Shown: positions 38,173 through 51,775, numbered from the stretch's first letter. The stretch: DNA of 64,000 nt from Octopus sinensis (GCF_006345805.1 NC_042997.1:46500001-46564000); one strand, 5' to 3'. Numbers and translations: made by a program. Notes: a model not told the origin generated them from the letters alone.

Positions 38173-38381
38173 TTAGATAATAAAGCTGTGGCTCTCATTG
38201 CTATCATGTACAGATAATTAGCATAAACTGTCTTGGTAAAAAAAGAAGATTCTGTTCAGTACCTCAGATTTTATTGTCAGTGGCTTGACCTTAACCAGCT
38301 AAGCCTTTCGTTGCTGCTTTAGACGGAAGGCCAGAAATTTTGAGAAAAGAGTGTTACTCGACATTGTCGAATATAGTACCT

Positions 38382-38497
38382 GACTTTGCCTTTCATCCTT
38401 TCGGGGTCGATTAAATAAGTACCAGTTACGCACTGGGGCCGATGTAATCCTTGTTTGTCCTTCTGTGTTTAGCCTCTTGTGGGCAGTAAAGAAATAG
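38382..38497 (+). mobile_element. Family A SINE 3' fragment
   Basis: gactttgcctttcatcctttcggggtcgat...gtaaagaaatag. Confidence 0.8.
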
Positions 38498-38829
38498 TGC
38501 CTGACCGGCAGCGGATTTTATGGTCTCCGGGGAGGTGAACAACAAAAATTGATTTCACTATTATTTGAACTGAGAACGTAAAGCGATGGAATGCACTACT
38601 GATTTCTAATATATGGACGAGGCCAGAAATTTTGAGAGTAAACAATGTATTTAAATGGTGCGCATATTTTTATCGACCCCAGAGAGTATAATTTAAGTGT
38701 AAAGTTTGGCGGGATTTGAACTCAGCACTTAAGGGGCATGATGAAATGCTAAAAGACATTTGGTTTTTTTCTGTTGATAATAGTTTCTAATCTGAAGAGA
38801 GAAGGAGACCCTAGTTCTTGGAGGAAAGA

Positions 38830-38853
38830 ACTATCTGTCTGTCTAACTATCTG

Positions 38854-38948
<95 letters not shown>

Positions 38949-38950
38949 AT
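38830..38950. repeat. (CTAT)n(CTTT)n microsatellite
   Basis: Direct reading. Confidence 0.95.
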
Positions 38951-38954
38951 TTAT

Positions 38955-41372
38955 GCACAGACTGCCACGACTCTCGAAAAGAGAGGCAGGTTGCTGCGAA
39001 GGTGCCATCACGGCGGTGGAAGTGCGGCACGCGATGGCAGAATGTTCGAGGGACAATTCGCCGGGTTTGGATCGTCTACCCTACGAGCTTTACAGTTGTA
39101 TGCCAGACTTCTTTGGAGACGTCATGGCAGCAGTGTAATGCAACTGGCAGCAAAAAAGAGATCATCTCCGGTTTTGTGGGCCAAGGAGCCGTAACGCTAC
39201 TGAAGAAAGATCCAAGCAAGGGGTCGTAATAGATAACTTTAGGTCCCTCACTCTGCTCAATGCAGATTGAAACTTTTGGCCAAGGTGTTAGCCAAGAGGT
39301 TGGCGCTTGTCATCGGGAAACTGGTCGATAAGGCGCAAACGTGCGCCGTGCCGGGTCGGAGAATCCATGACAGCCTCCATCTGATACGATACATCATAGT
39401 TAAGGAACCTGGCATGGGTGGGGTCTTGATCAACTTGGATCAATCCAAAGCTTTCGATACTTGGAGACTGTCCACATAGCGGCTGGTTTCGGTCCCGTCT
39501 TCCGCGGCTGGATATCTGCTTTGTACAGATACATCCGTTTGGTAATTCTCGTAAATGGGCATCTATAGAGAACTTTCAACATTACACGTTCGGTCCGTTA
39601 GGGATGCCCCCTCTCGTCGCTTCTATACGTATTAAATCTCGAGCCACTACTGTGGAAGCTGGCGACGCTGAGGGGCATCCCGCGAGAATTGGGATGCGGG
39701 ACGAGCGTGTCAGCATAGGGGGACGACGTCACCGTCACAGTGTCCAACCAGAAGCACATCGAGCTGGTCGGCGAGACACTGAAAGACTACGAAGCAGTAA
39801 CATGAGCGAAAACCAACGGGGAAAAGTCAGTGGGCTTGCGGCTCGGCACCTGGAGAAGCATGCCGTTCACCAGCGCCTCCGTCGTGGAACGCTTGGCCGA
39901 CGATCCAGTCGAATTGCTCGGGGTCTGGCTTGGTCTGGACATCCACACGGAGAAGAACTAGAACGAGATAAAGATTAGGGTTGTCACTCTCGCCCGGCAA
40001 TGGCCGAGAGGAAGCTGTCCTTAAAAGGTCGAGCAGAGGTGGTGAACAAGTACATCGCATCCGTCATCTACTACCGCCTGACCGTCGTACCTTGTCCTGA
40101 CTCTACCATCATCAAACTAGAACGCATTTTCTTCCGCCTCTTGTGGAAAGGATGCGTTCCGATGGTCAGGTTATCCGTTTGCTGCCAACACCAGTTAAAA
40201 GGAGGGATGGGCATGATGTGGTTGATGATGCGCAGACACGAGCTGAGGCTGGGACGTCTCCGGCTCTACGTAGACGACGGGGATCAGTTGAGGTCGCCGT
40301 TTGTGAGATGCGCTTTCCCGTAACTCGTCTCCACGTCCGAAGTGCAGTCGTGGATCATTAAGAGGCCGAGAAAGGGCGAATGGCACCGCGAGTGTCGCGT
40401 TGCTCTCAAGCAACTATTCCGTCCCAGTCGACCTTGAGCGACCAAAGCAACTAAAGCATTCTATAGGCGATTAGGGGAGGGGAGGTACGACGATGAACCT
40501 GGTCGTCGACGAAGAATACCTGATCCGCCTGTTCAAGACGACTTTCGGTCCGGCACCTATGGACAACTTCCAGAGATCCCTGGCCTGGCAGTGCTATCGA
40601 GAAGCGCTACCCGTTCGGGATAAGCTCTATAGGCATGGCTCGAGAAACACGGGGCCGACCTGTCTGAGATGCAGTCAAAGCGACGAAACCGTTCTGCACG
40701 CAATCGTACAGTGTCCAGCCATTTCCGACCTGTGGGCCTATGTCGAACGACTGCTATCGCGTGTGGGATGAGTCAGTTTATCAACCGAGTCTATCGTGAA
40801 TCTTGTTGCGCCTCCTTCCTTGAAACGGGAAGGAAGAGCTATTTTCATCGTACTTGTGGCTATGGCGAAAGAATGTGTATGGTGTTCGCGACTGAAAGGT
40901 CTACAGACAAACAATTTACTCTCTGGTGAATCTCTCATCGACTTCTTCAAGTATTACTTGAAGAGGAAGGTAAGAGTAGAGAGGGAAGTTTTGTCTAGTG
41001 AATGTTTCAAAAAAAGATGGTTGAATGTAGCAAGGATGGCATGTGCGAATGACGGAGCCAGCTTGAGCATAATCCTATGAGCAAAAAAAAAAGAAAGAAA
41101 GAAAGGAAAAAAGAGAGCCACTTATAATGTGTCTTTTTTGCATGACACTATTGCCCAAGTTTCCCGTGGTCTTTTCCGTAGGCTTTTATTTCCCCGGATA
41201 AACCTAATCTGTTTTCCCTTTTTACATTGACATTTCTGTGATACACGATCCCTATTGATCGGCCCCTTTTTCTTTCTTTTTCTTTTGTTCTTCTCTTCTT
41301 CCCCAAAAGAAAAGCTTTACTTTGTATTTTGTCCCCTCTGCGTTCAACCCTCTGTGGCCAGTAATGAAACAT
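38955..41372 (+). mobile_element. 5'-truncated Tx1-like LINE: RT plus C-terminal zinc-binding domain of ORF2 and 3'UTR
   Basis: SPGLDRLPYELY, NFRSLTLLNAD, LDQSKAFD (~39440), GCPLS, GDDVTV, LSLKGRAEVVN, CLRCSQSDETVLHAIVQC (zf-RVT). Stop at 41080, then a T-rich 3'UTR. Confidence 0.92.
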
Positions 41373-41904
41373 ATCTATCTGTCTATTGTCATTACAGGTA
41401 CGTTATCTGTGCACGTGCTGCAAGCACACATTTCTAAGCCAATAAGCGACGAGCCTCTCAACGCTTTAGAATAAATAATTAATTAGCACGTAGGACGCAT
41501 GCTATTTGCAGCTTTATATTTCTTTTTGTTAAGAACAAAAACCATAAAATACATACACATTAAAATTCTTCACACCCCAATAAACACACTTCAGTTTTAA
41601 TTATAAAGCCACCGGTTCTATTGAACGACACATTAAGAGACCTTTTGGGCAAAATAGTTTTTCTTTCACCTCCTTTAATATTTTCATTTCTTTTTTCTTG
41701 TTTGCTTTCCTTTGTCTTCTATGTTTCACGCTCTACTTCTTTTCTTCTTATCCTCTTCTTTTCCTCTCCCTTCCTCCACCTGCTCCTGCTCCTGCGCCTC
41801 CTTCCTTTCTTTTCTCTTTCTTTTCCCCCTCTCCTTTCCTTCTTCCATAAGTCTAATCGAATTCTCTTAATCCCCTCCTCTCTCTATGCCACTACGAAAA
41901 CAAC

Positions 41905-41909
41905 TATTA

Positions 41910-41969
<60 letters not shown>

Positions 41970-42003
41970 ACCCCGCCGCTACCACTACCGCTGCTGCTGC
42001 TGC
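41905..42003. repeat. (CTA)n(CTG)n microsatellite
   Basis: Direct reading. Confidence 0.9.
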
Positions 42004-42060
42004 TTTTTCCTCCTAATCTTTTTGTTTTCTTCTTCTCTCTCCTAATCTTCGTCATTGTAA

Positions 42061-42654
42061 ATATTTCTTTATTACCCACAAGGGGCTAAACACAGAGGGG
42101 AAAAACAAGGACAGACACACGGATTAAGTCGGTTACATCGACCCCTGTGCGTAACTGGTAATTAATGTACCAACCCCGAAAGGATGAAAGACAAAGTCAA
42201 CCTCGGCGGAATTTGAACTCACAACGTTGCGACAGGTGAAATACCTATTTCTTTACTAAAGGGACTAAACACAGAGCGGACAAACAAGGACAGACAAATG
42301 GATTAAGTCGATTATTTCGACCGCAGTGCGTAACTGGTACTTAATTTATCGCCCCCGAAAGGATGAAATGCAAAGTCGACCTCGGCGGAATTTGAACTCA
42401 AAACGTAATGGCAGACGAAATACCCATTTTTTATTACCCACAAGGGCTAAACATAAAGGGGACAAATAAAGACAGACAAACGGATTAAGTCGATAATATC
42501 GAACCCAGTGCGTAACTGGTACTTAATTTATCGACCCCGAAATGATGAAAGGCAAAGTCGACCTCGGCAGAATTTGAACTTAGAACGTAACGGCAGACGA
42601 AATACGGCCCAGCATCTCGCCCGGCGCGCTAACGTTCCTGCCAGCTCGCCGCCT
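42061..42654 (-). mobile_element. Family A SINE trimer (three tail2 units, ~180-bp period)
   Basis: Junctions gaaatacctatttc (42238) and gaaatacccatttt (42417). Single full head at ~42654. Confidence 0.92.
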
Positions 42655-43246
42655 TTCGTCAATATAAATAGTGGCTCGGTCTAGCTTTTCTACAGTGTTC
42701 GCTAATCCAATGCCAGCCGGCTGGAACGCACCCCACTCCAATAAGACGGAGACACACAAACACACACACACACAGATGCATGCGGAGACACACACATACA
42801 TATACATATATATATATATATATATACGTGTGTGTACAAGTAAGGTAATCTGTATATCCAACTTAACATGTAGGTTGTGTTAGAACACAGAATGCTGCGT
42901 TATTTAACTCGTGGGGCATGAAATCACTCTTATTTATATCAGTGTATCGATGTTAAGGTGGAGATAAAGATTACATGTTGGTATTTCTAATGCTTCTGCC
43001 GCTATTAATTATATGTGCAACTTTTAACGGCTAAAGCAAGTTAGTTGAGCTCCATGAACTAGAAACTTCGAAAAGGAATTTCACAAACTCAGCTCTGAAT
43101 AAAAATTATGTCGATATACTATAACTAGCGATATTGTTAGCAATTAATAATGTTTCAGTAATTAAATTTTACTCCGTGTGAAACTACAATAATCGATTTA
43201 ATGTTTATAGGCCCTGGTTCCGTATATAAAATTCCAATTACTGGGC

Positions 43247-43600
43247 GCAGCCGTAGCTGTGTGGTAAGAAGATTGCTTGCCAACCACATGACCAGTCCCA
43301 TTGTGTGGCACCTTGGGCAAGTGTCTTTTGCTATAGCAGCTGGTCAACAAAATTATTGATTGGATCTTGTAGACGAAAACTGAAAGAAGCCCGTCTATAT
43401 ATATACTTATATATACTGTATATACATGCATACATACATATATACACATATGTATGTGTGTCTGTGTTTGTCCCACCCCTACCATCGCTTGACAACCGAT
43501 TCTAGAGTATTTATGTTCTTGTAACTAAACGGTTCGGCAAAACGAATTTCTCAACGTAGTGCCCTAGCATGGCCGCAGTCTAATGACTGAAACAAATTAC
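43247..43600 (+). mobile_element. Family C SINE
   Basis: gctgtgtggtaagaag...ccttgggcaagtgtc...atggccgcagtctaatgactgaaac. Confidence 0.85.
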
Positions 43601-43729
43601 AGGTGAAAGATAAAGTTATTGATTAAATTGTAATTATACCATAAGATACTTGCTCAAGGTGGCGAGGAGTGGGATGGAACCCAGAACAATATGTAGGGGC
43701 GCGAAATTCCCAGTCACACAAAGGTAATT

Positions 43730-44470
43730 GTAAACGAGCGCATGAGTATATAACATTATATAACTTTACAAAAAATATATATGTAAGCCTCAAAATCACA
43801 ATTACCTCAAACCTCTCTAAATTCGATATCGTAGACGCTTCTCTAAACTTAAAATTGTCTTCTTTCAAGCTCCATTATAAATCTAAAGGAAAGCTCACAT
43901 ATAAACACTACCAGTCTTCTAATAGGAAATTAAATTTTAGGAAATAATCCATAACACCGTGGCTAACAATGGCCTCAAAGAGAAGATAGCTTATATACCC
44001 ACTATAAAATATACGACATCTCAAAATGAATCTAAGAAGATTATATTCTTCACCCAATTCTCTTTGAAGAAGACAAACGTAGGTAGAAAAATTCTTGCTT
44101 CGTGAATAAGCATTTCTCGCATAGTCATTGATATAACAAAATTTTCGATAAACTTTCAGAAAAACTTTTTAGAGCTTCTCTCCTAAAATGAAATAAATTA
44201 TAACATACCGTGTACCTGCTTCAAAATATAACTGTAGAGAACCAGGCGCTTGCCCATTAGCCCAGCCATAGATATTTACCGCAGATTTTTTTATGAAGTT
44301 GGGATAAACTCAGTTCTATAAAAGTGACAAAATACTCAATAGAAAAAGTATTCTAGTCTAGGCAAAAGTGACTCTTGAGATAATCTGCCAACTACCGGTC
44401 TTCATTCAGATACAGAAACAAGAACATAATTCGTAAGTCAGTTAGTCCTAACTGGAACCTAAATGCTAGC
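43730..44470 (+). mobile_element. Penelope-like element remnant (RT C-terminus to GIY-YIG region)
   Basis: LKITITSNLSKFDIVDASLNLK..FKLHYKSKGKLTYKHYQSSN, KIIFFTQFSLKKTNVGRKFL, NKHFSHSH.YNKIF and CTC..CREPGACPL resemble PLE motifs LKIT...VDFLDV.LNL, IIWFNPP.S..V.TN.G..FL and CNC....CPL. Confidence 0.75.
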
Positions 44471-45889
44471 AATACCCCACGCACCACCAAGTGCAGCATC
44501 GTTGAACGATGCACATCATGAATTAATGGGGCAAGGAAGTGGTGGTTTTGTATAGTCGAAAGATGTCATCACCTTTTTGAATCTTAGAGCACTACCGACC
44601 TACTGAAATCTAGATCCCAAATTTCTATTAACGAACTGAAAAGCAATACATTCTACGGTTTCTTAAATATTAACAATACTTAAAATATATATTAAAAATA
44701 TACTAAAAATATATTAAAATGGTTATGAACAATACCTATTTTAATGAATCAAAGAGACATAATTCCTACCAACCTTCTCTGCATTTTTCCCATTTTCTTT
44801 TTCCTTTTACTGTATACTTTCGTTTTTTCTTGTGCTTTCTCATTATTCCTCATTCTTACTCCCTTTTGCTAAATGGTCTGTCAATTTTAGAGAATTTTTA
44901 ATTCTAGAGATTATATCCCCTTTTCATATGATGATGTTACTAATTGCCAATAAAAGGATTGTTCTAGTCTTTTTGGAAACCATGATAATTTCAATAAATT
45001 AAGAATCTATGTCGTATGTTATTTCATGTACAATTAGTCGTTCTTGTTCAAATAAATGCTACTAGCATTTACTTACAGTCTGGTTACTTGTATTATTAGC
45101 TCATTTTAGTTTCATACATATATACATACATGCATACATGCTTAAACACACACATATATACATAGATACACACACATATAGATAGTACTGTGTGTGTGCG
45201 TGATTGTTTTGATTATAGTCCTATGCGTGGAATAAATTAATTGAGTCTGTAGACAAAAAGAATATATACAAGTGTAAGCAAACGCAAATGACTTATGCGA
45301 AATTAAATCAAAAGTGAGTATTCGAATGATTAATTTGTACCCATGTCTACACTTAATTTAAAATCTATAAAACATCTATGGTTCGTTCATTTCAAAGTGA
45401 GTCTTCAAAATGTAATTGCCAAATTTTTAGATCGTGCACAAAACGACAGAGACGCAACTTATATGGCCTGAGTGAATCATACAAACTTCAATCTCGACTC
45501 AGAGAAAATGGATGAAGTTTCGATCGATATAAACTTTGCTACGTGGTCGCATACTATGATAGGAACAGAAAACTAATCTTGTTGACATCAAATCCTGCCG
45601 TTTTAATATAGGATGGACAAAATTTTCCTGGATGCACAGTTTCAAAATAAGATGGCTGAAACGTTTTTGTTCATAAGTGCGCCATACCATGGATGATCTA
45701 GCAATCTGATTAATGGTTTCTAATTTAGATGGGGAGATTTTCATCAATGCCATCGACCTCATTACGTTACTGCTATTTTATTGTAACAACCCCGAAAAGA
45801 TAAATGGCAAAGCAGTAATCAAACCCAAAATATAGCATAAAGTATTTTCTCCGACGCTTTTTTGGTTCTGGCAGTTCATCCCTTTCGAC

Positions 45890-46078
45890 ATTTTCTAAGT
45901 GGGAAATCGGGATGTAATGAAATCGACTTTAGTACTTACCTGCTATTTGATTTCGTCTTTCACTGGGTCCGGGGTAAAAGACAGAGTTGACCTCGATGTG
46001 ATTTGAGCTCATACAAAAAAATGCTACGGTAAACATGGCGAGACATTTCGTCTGACACGCTAACGATTCGGCCGAGAC
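45890..46078 (-). mobile_element. Highly degenerate family A SINE
   Basis: gttgacctcgatgtgatttgagctc...catttcgtctgacacgctaacgattc. Confidence 0.6.
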
Positions 46079-47188
46079 TAAACAAACATATTCGATGATG
46101 CATGCATATTCTCTCCTCAACTGAATACAAAATTTCCTTCAAGAAATATGAAGAAGAGCGAAACATTACCGCTATTTTTTGCAATTGACTTTAAACACAA
46201 CACCCTCTTCAAACTGCATCATCTTACTTTATCCAGACAAATTTCACTTTCTTGATATTTTTGAAGTCATTTCACTTCTTTGCTGTGTCTACATTTTAAC
46301 ACTCGTACAAAAAGTCTTTGTTTACTAATTACACAACAATTTCAGTTAATCGAATATTTTCAACACACTATATTATATTAGTGAGACCCTACCGAATATG
46401 TATGCGCATACAAAATTATTTCCGAATTTTCCTTCGTAGAGCAAAAGCTCTACTTAAGTCATTCGTATTGGTTGCTTTAGTTGTTTATTATGACCGATTG
46501 GTTAAAAAGTTCAGTTCGCACTCATGTTGTTTAAAGTTTGAGTATGATACAATTTTGTGCACAGCATACGAATGAAAATTCAAACATTTGAGAGTAATTA
46601 ATTTTCATGTTTATTCTACTAATGATGCTAAATATCTACCAAAAGCTAGAAATGATATCGTCTGCAAGTCACGTTACCTCGATAAACTCGACATATCCCA
46701 ACAAGAAATAGTTCCATACATAACATTCCACTACAAAGATATACTGGTATACACAAGTGTTTTCCACGGTTAAGGATACTGAAATTCGAGTGGATGAAAC
46801 TGAGTATCGCAGGAAAAATGATTATAATTTAAAATGTGTTTGGAAGACCGTCAGTTTAATGCTTTTTATAATTCGGTAACCTAAACTTGTCACATAGAGT
46901 GTCACATTTAAACTGACTCACGTCTACGTTACTGTGCACATGGCAATGCTATAGCTATAAATACTATAATAGAATGAGGAAATAATTCAGTACATTGTAC
47001 CCAAGGCACTATTCATTGCCGAAACTCGCAGCATATTCACCATCATCTGATAGCGATGAAATGAAATAGAGTGTCAAAAATACGAGTTTCGAATACAAAG
47101 TTATTTTGTCTGCATTTTCAAACTAAGCTATATACATGTTAGTTAAAGAACATTACTGAAAAAAAAAACATTCATGTAAGAACGTATG

Positions 47189-47450
<262 letters not shown>

Positions 47451-47916
47451 GTGTATGAGTACATCAAGGTAAATTTGGTTTTAGAAAACTCTGCAATAGG
47501 TAACCCTGGCTTCCTAATGAAACTAATGATTGTTTTATTAGAATGTTCAAACTCTATGTTAATACATCTATCTATTATAATAAACGCGAAATTGTGACTC
47601 TTTAAGACCCTTGAACCTCGTCTACATAGATAGAAATATACCCTTTTGGAATCAGGGTGAACCCGGGATTGAAAATCTGCCCTTCATTTGGTTCTTGAAC
47701 ATCCAGTATTGGAAGCAAATTTAAAAGCATTTGGGTTACTATTTCTAGCAGATTTCTAGCTTGGCTGATTCACGACATCTCGGTTGGCGTTCCTCGGATG
47801 ACGTCAAAGATAAAAGGGGAGATAAATGTCAGTCGCTTTGTTAACTTTACGTCGAGATAAAAACTTTGGGACAAACTGTCCTTAACCACTGATCAAACAC
47901 CACCGAGGCATATATG

Positions 47917-47947
<31 letters not shown>

Positions 47948-47957
47948 TATATGTCTG

Positions 47958-47988
<31 letters not shown>

Positions 47989-49178
47989 TGTGTGTATACA
48001 TGTGTGTGTGTGTGTATCTATATCTATGTATACACACTGGAGATAAAGATTACCTTCTGATATTTATACTGCTTTTGTCGCTATCAATTATATCAGGAGG
48101 TGCTGCAAAGTACTTAGCTTTGAGCAAAAGAAAGTACAATGAATTAATAATGATTTTATTCAACATATTCCGTCTCAGATTCATGCACTTATTGCAGCAG
48201 TCTTTCCGTGTTTCTAAATCCGTAAAAGAAGTCAGAATGTTGGCCTTCCAGCCAAGCCTTTCGCCATTTCCTTAAAGACAGGAACTTATCATCACTCCCT
48301 CGTACATATGCTATTATATATATATATATAGATTTTTACCGACATTATTATTTCAAATTCCACAGAAGTCAACTTCACGGTTTATATCATCGGAGATAAA
48401 GTAGTTGTACGGGATGGTAAATTGGAGTATTTGATTGAGCATGGGATGCAGTGTCTGACAATATGTTCAGCATCTATTTGCTCTTTGACAGAAACGTTTG
48501 AGTAAAGACACGTTCCAAGATGTTTCAATGTTATTTCCTTCTTGGACAAAATATATAGCATGGAAAGAAGAGATTTGTATGCATTTGCCAACTGTTCGCC
48601 TTCCACAAAGAAACCGCCCCATCCCCTGAGAGCCACTTTACGGATGGAGAAAACTAGACTGCCTATAACAGATAACAAAGCCATTGATATATATAAAGAG
48701 ACATAAATATTTACAAGTATGCATATTCTTAAGATTATGAGTACAGGCGCAGCCAGTATTTATATCTCACTGTTTCCTCCCTTCAGAACATGTAATATTA
48801 TTTCACATTAAATATGAATGCCTATATGAACACAACAAATAATTGCACAGATGTCTTTTGACTAAATATGTTTAAAAATACAACGAAACGTCAATAAAAA
48901 GAGCCAGACATATCATTATATAAAACATAACGAAATAATATAGAAAAACACAAGACACACACACACAGAAAAAGAGAGAAATATGCATATAACAGATAAA
49001 ATATTCTCAGACTATTTGGTCGTCAAAGTAATGACTAAAGAGACGGGTTCTTCTGAAAAGAGCGAAGAATAAGTTATAAAAAATGTGGACAATTCAGATT
49101 TAAGAGAGTTACACAAACACATATATAATTATATAACTGTTTTCTGACTGAAGCTAATATTTGCAAAAAGAATTGTTT

Positions 49179-49228
<50 letters not shown>

Positions 49229-50661
49229 ATATATATACATATATATAAATAAACACACACACACACATATATACACCCACTAACACACACATACGTACAC
49301 ATATATTCATAAATTTGCGTATTCATAATCATACAGTTCATGATTATTATTTTACCAAATTATGGAATGTTTACAATGTAGTGTTACATATATATATACA
49401 TTGTACATAAATATGGCTGGGAGGGGGGAGATATTGTGTACTACATACATTTCTCTGCATTTTCTATATTTTGTAAAAAAGAATTATCTGACACTTTTAG
49501 AATTATATCCCTTGCGTCGTTTTAGATCAAGTATGAAATAGTTGTGTCAGCTTTGGGCATATATACACTAATATGCCAACATGATACTTACATAGATGGA
49601 AGATCATATAAAAAATAACCAGACAACCACATGCAGAAAAATATATATAGCCACGACGTATGCAAATAGCTACAGTATGTATAAACACATTTACGTATTA
49701 ACAACATAAATGTATATGTACATACATGAAAGTATCCTAGGTATACAGTAAATGATCGAATACGTGAATATAAGTACATATACATACGTACTTCCACTCA
49801 TAAACACATGCGCGCGCACATAAGCACATATGCTCATATGTAGTTATAATTTGCAATTTCGCTTTGGCATAACAACATTATCAATCAATAATAATTACGT
49901 TTTGCCCAAAACCATCCAGTTAGTACAGAAGAAATATCAATTAATAAATAACAAAAGAACTGGAGCTATGTAATCACATTTTAAAGGTTACGGCTGTTTC
50001 TATTATAAGAAGTGCAATTAGAGCCGTGGGTGTTCATTGAAGAATTGTCACTTCACGCGAGGTCGATTTTGTCTTGGCGCAATTTGTCAGGCAACAAATG
50101 GGTGCCTTGTAGCATTTTGATCGAGTTTTTGCTTCCTCAGTTCTTAGATGGTTAAACTTACCCTCGATTTTAATAGCACAACTGTTCCTTGGATGTCTTG
50201 AGCGAAATTCTGTCTGTGCGAACCAAGTTTCTGGTTTGAGGTTAACTTTCCTCTTTCTCCTACCTGTCTCAAGCAGTTTAAGCTTTAAAAAGTCTTATGA
50301 CCGCTATCCAGTCCTCAACAAATTGAACTCGAAATAAGTATCAAACTGCTGGTACGACATGATAAATAGTTTATCTTTCCTGTAAAAAATACACGTATAT
50401 ATAGGTCTTCTACTTTTAATTACTAAGAATTTTTTCATACAGTTAGATAGCAGTAGTTAGGTTTAAGCTATTAGATGTGATAAATAATAAAAAAAGCAGT
50501 CTGAATCCAGAATTTATGCTTTAAATCATTTACGTACTAAATCATAGAGCTATATGAAATTTCTTTTGTTCAGCAAAAAGCCAAGTTACAAGACATACGG
50601 CAATATTCGCTTTAAAATTTTGATCAGCAATTTCGATAGAAGGGGTAGGATGATTACGTCA

Positions 50662-50892
50662 ACCCCAGTTGAACGGGACGCCAGTCAATCGCAGCGTTAT
50701 TCAAGAAACAAGACTGAGAGAAAGTTGGGACGAAAGAGTACAGCAGTGGTTGCCACCACCCCGTGCCTGAACCTCGTGGAGCTTTAGGTGTTTTCGCTCA
50801 ATAAACACACACAACGCCCGGTCTGGTAATCGAAACTGTGATCCTCCAATCGCGAGTCCGCTGCCATAACCAGTGGGCCATTGCGCCTCCAC
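50662..50892 (-). mobile_element. Family B SINE
   Basis: Matches 6095-6385. Confidence 0.85.
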
Positions 50893-50973
50893 TATCTTAC
50901 ATAAATACTAACACCGAAATACTCTCAATATCATCCAAACCACACCATTTGCTATTATTAATTAACCTAATAA

Positions 50974-51345
50974 GGCGGCGAGCTGGCAGAATCGTTAGCA
51001 TGACGGACAAAATTCTACCCGTTCTGAGCTCAAATTTCGCCGAGGCCGACCTTGCCTTTAATCCTTTCGGGGTTGATAAAATATAATCGAAATTGTTGGC
51101 TTCTGCCACAATTTAAGATCATTATTATTTTGCTACTACGGCGGTGAGCTGGCAGAATCGTTGCCACGCCGGACAAAATATTGAGCGTCATTTCGTCCGT
51201 CTATACGTTCTGAGTTCAAATTTCGCCGAGGTCGACTTTCATCCTTTCGAAGTCGATAAATTCAGAACCAGTCAAGTACTCGGGTCGATGTAACTGACTT
51301 GCCCCACTCCTCCGAAATTGCAGGCCTTGTGCCAAAATTTAAAAC
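50974..51345 (+). mobile_element. Two family A SINEs (truncated copy, then head+tail1 copy)
   Basis: ggcggcgagctggcagaatcgttagc at ~50974 and ggcggtgagctggcagaatc at ~51140. Tail gcaggccttgtgcc. Confidence 0.85.
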
Positions 51346-51715
51346 CATTACTTACTTACTAGTTTAACTGTTATCTCTATTGAGAAACCCTTTCTTGGTT
51401 GCCGAACAACATTCCATTCTAACCAGATTCGTTCGCTTTTTATTACACAATATCCTTCACAATAATGCTCTTATATCTTCTCCACGAAACAATATCCTTT
51501 ATTCTTTTCTTCCTTTTTATAAAAAAAAAAATCCCTTTTTCAAAACATTCGACAATTCTTACTTTTCACGCCTTTCTAAGTGCAAAACTAATAATTTTAT
51601 AGTATATCCTCCAGTTTTATCGTTTTATCGCTGCTTTTCTTTTCAACCACGATTCTTTAGACTTCTATCTGCTCTAGATTCTCGGATCACATTGAATTCA
51701 GATTGCAATGTCTTT

Positions 51716-51743
51716 CTTCTTCTTCTTCTTCTTCTTTTTCTTC

Positions 51744-51775
<32 letters not shown>

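Noticed and set aside
11331-41372. Tx1 ORF1 (11.3 kb) and ORF2 (39-41 kb) as one split element
   Set aside because: They are 25 kb apart, the endonuclease domain is absent, and the flanks do not form a matching TSD.
46655-46780. Minus-strand exon-like frame ILNRGNTCVYQYIFVVECYVWNYFLLGYVEFIE
   Set aside because: It is short, unrecognised and within chance expectation.
50260-50380. Minus-strand exon (ttttttacag| ... acag|gtagg)
   Set aside because: It has stops in all three frames and no supporting neighbouring exon.
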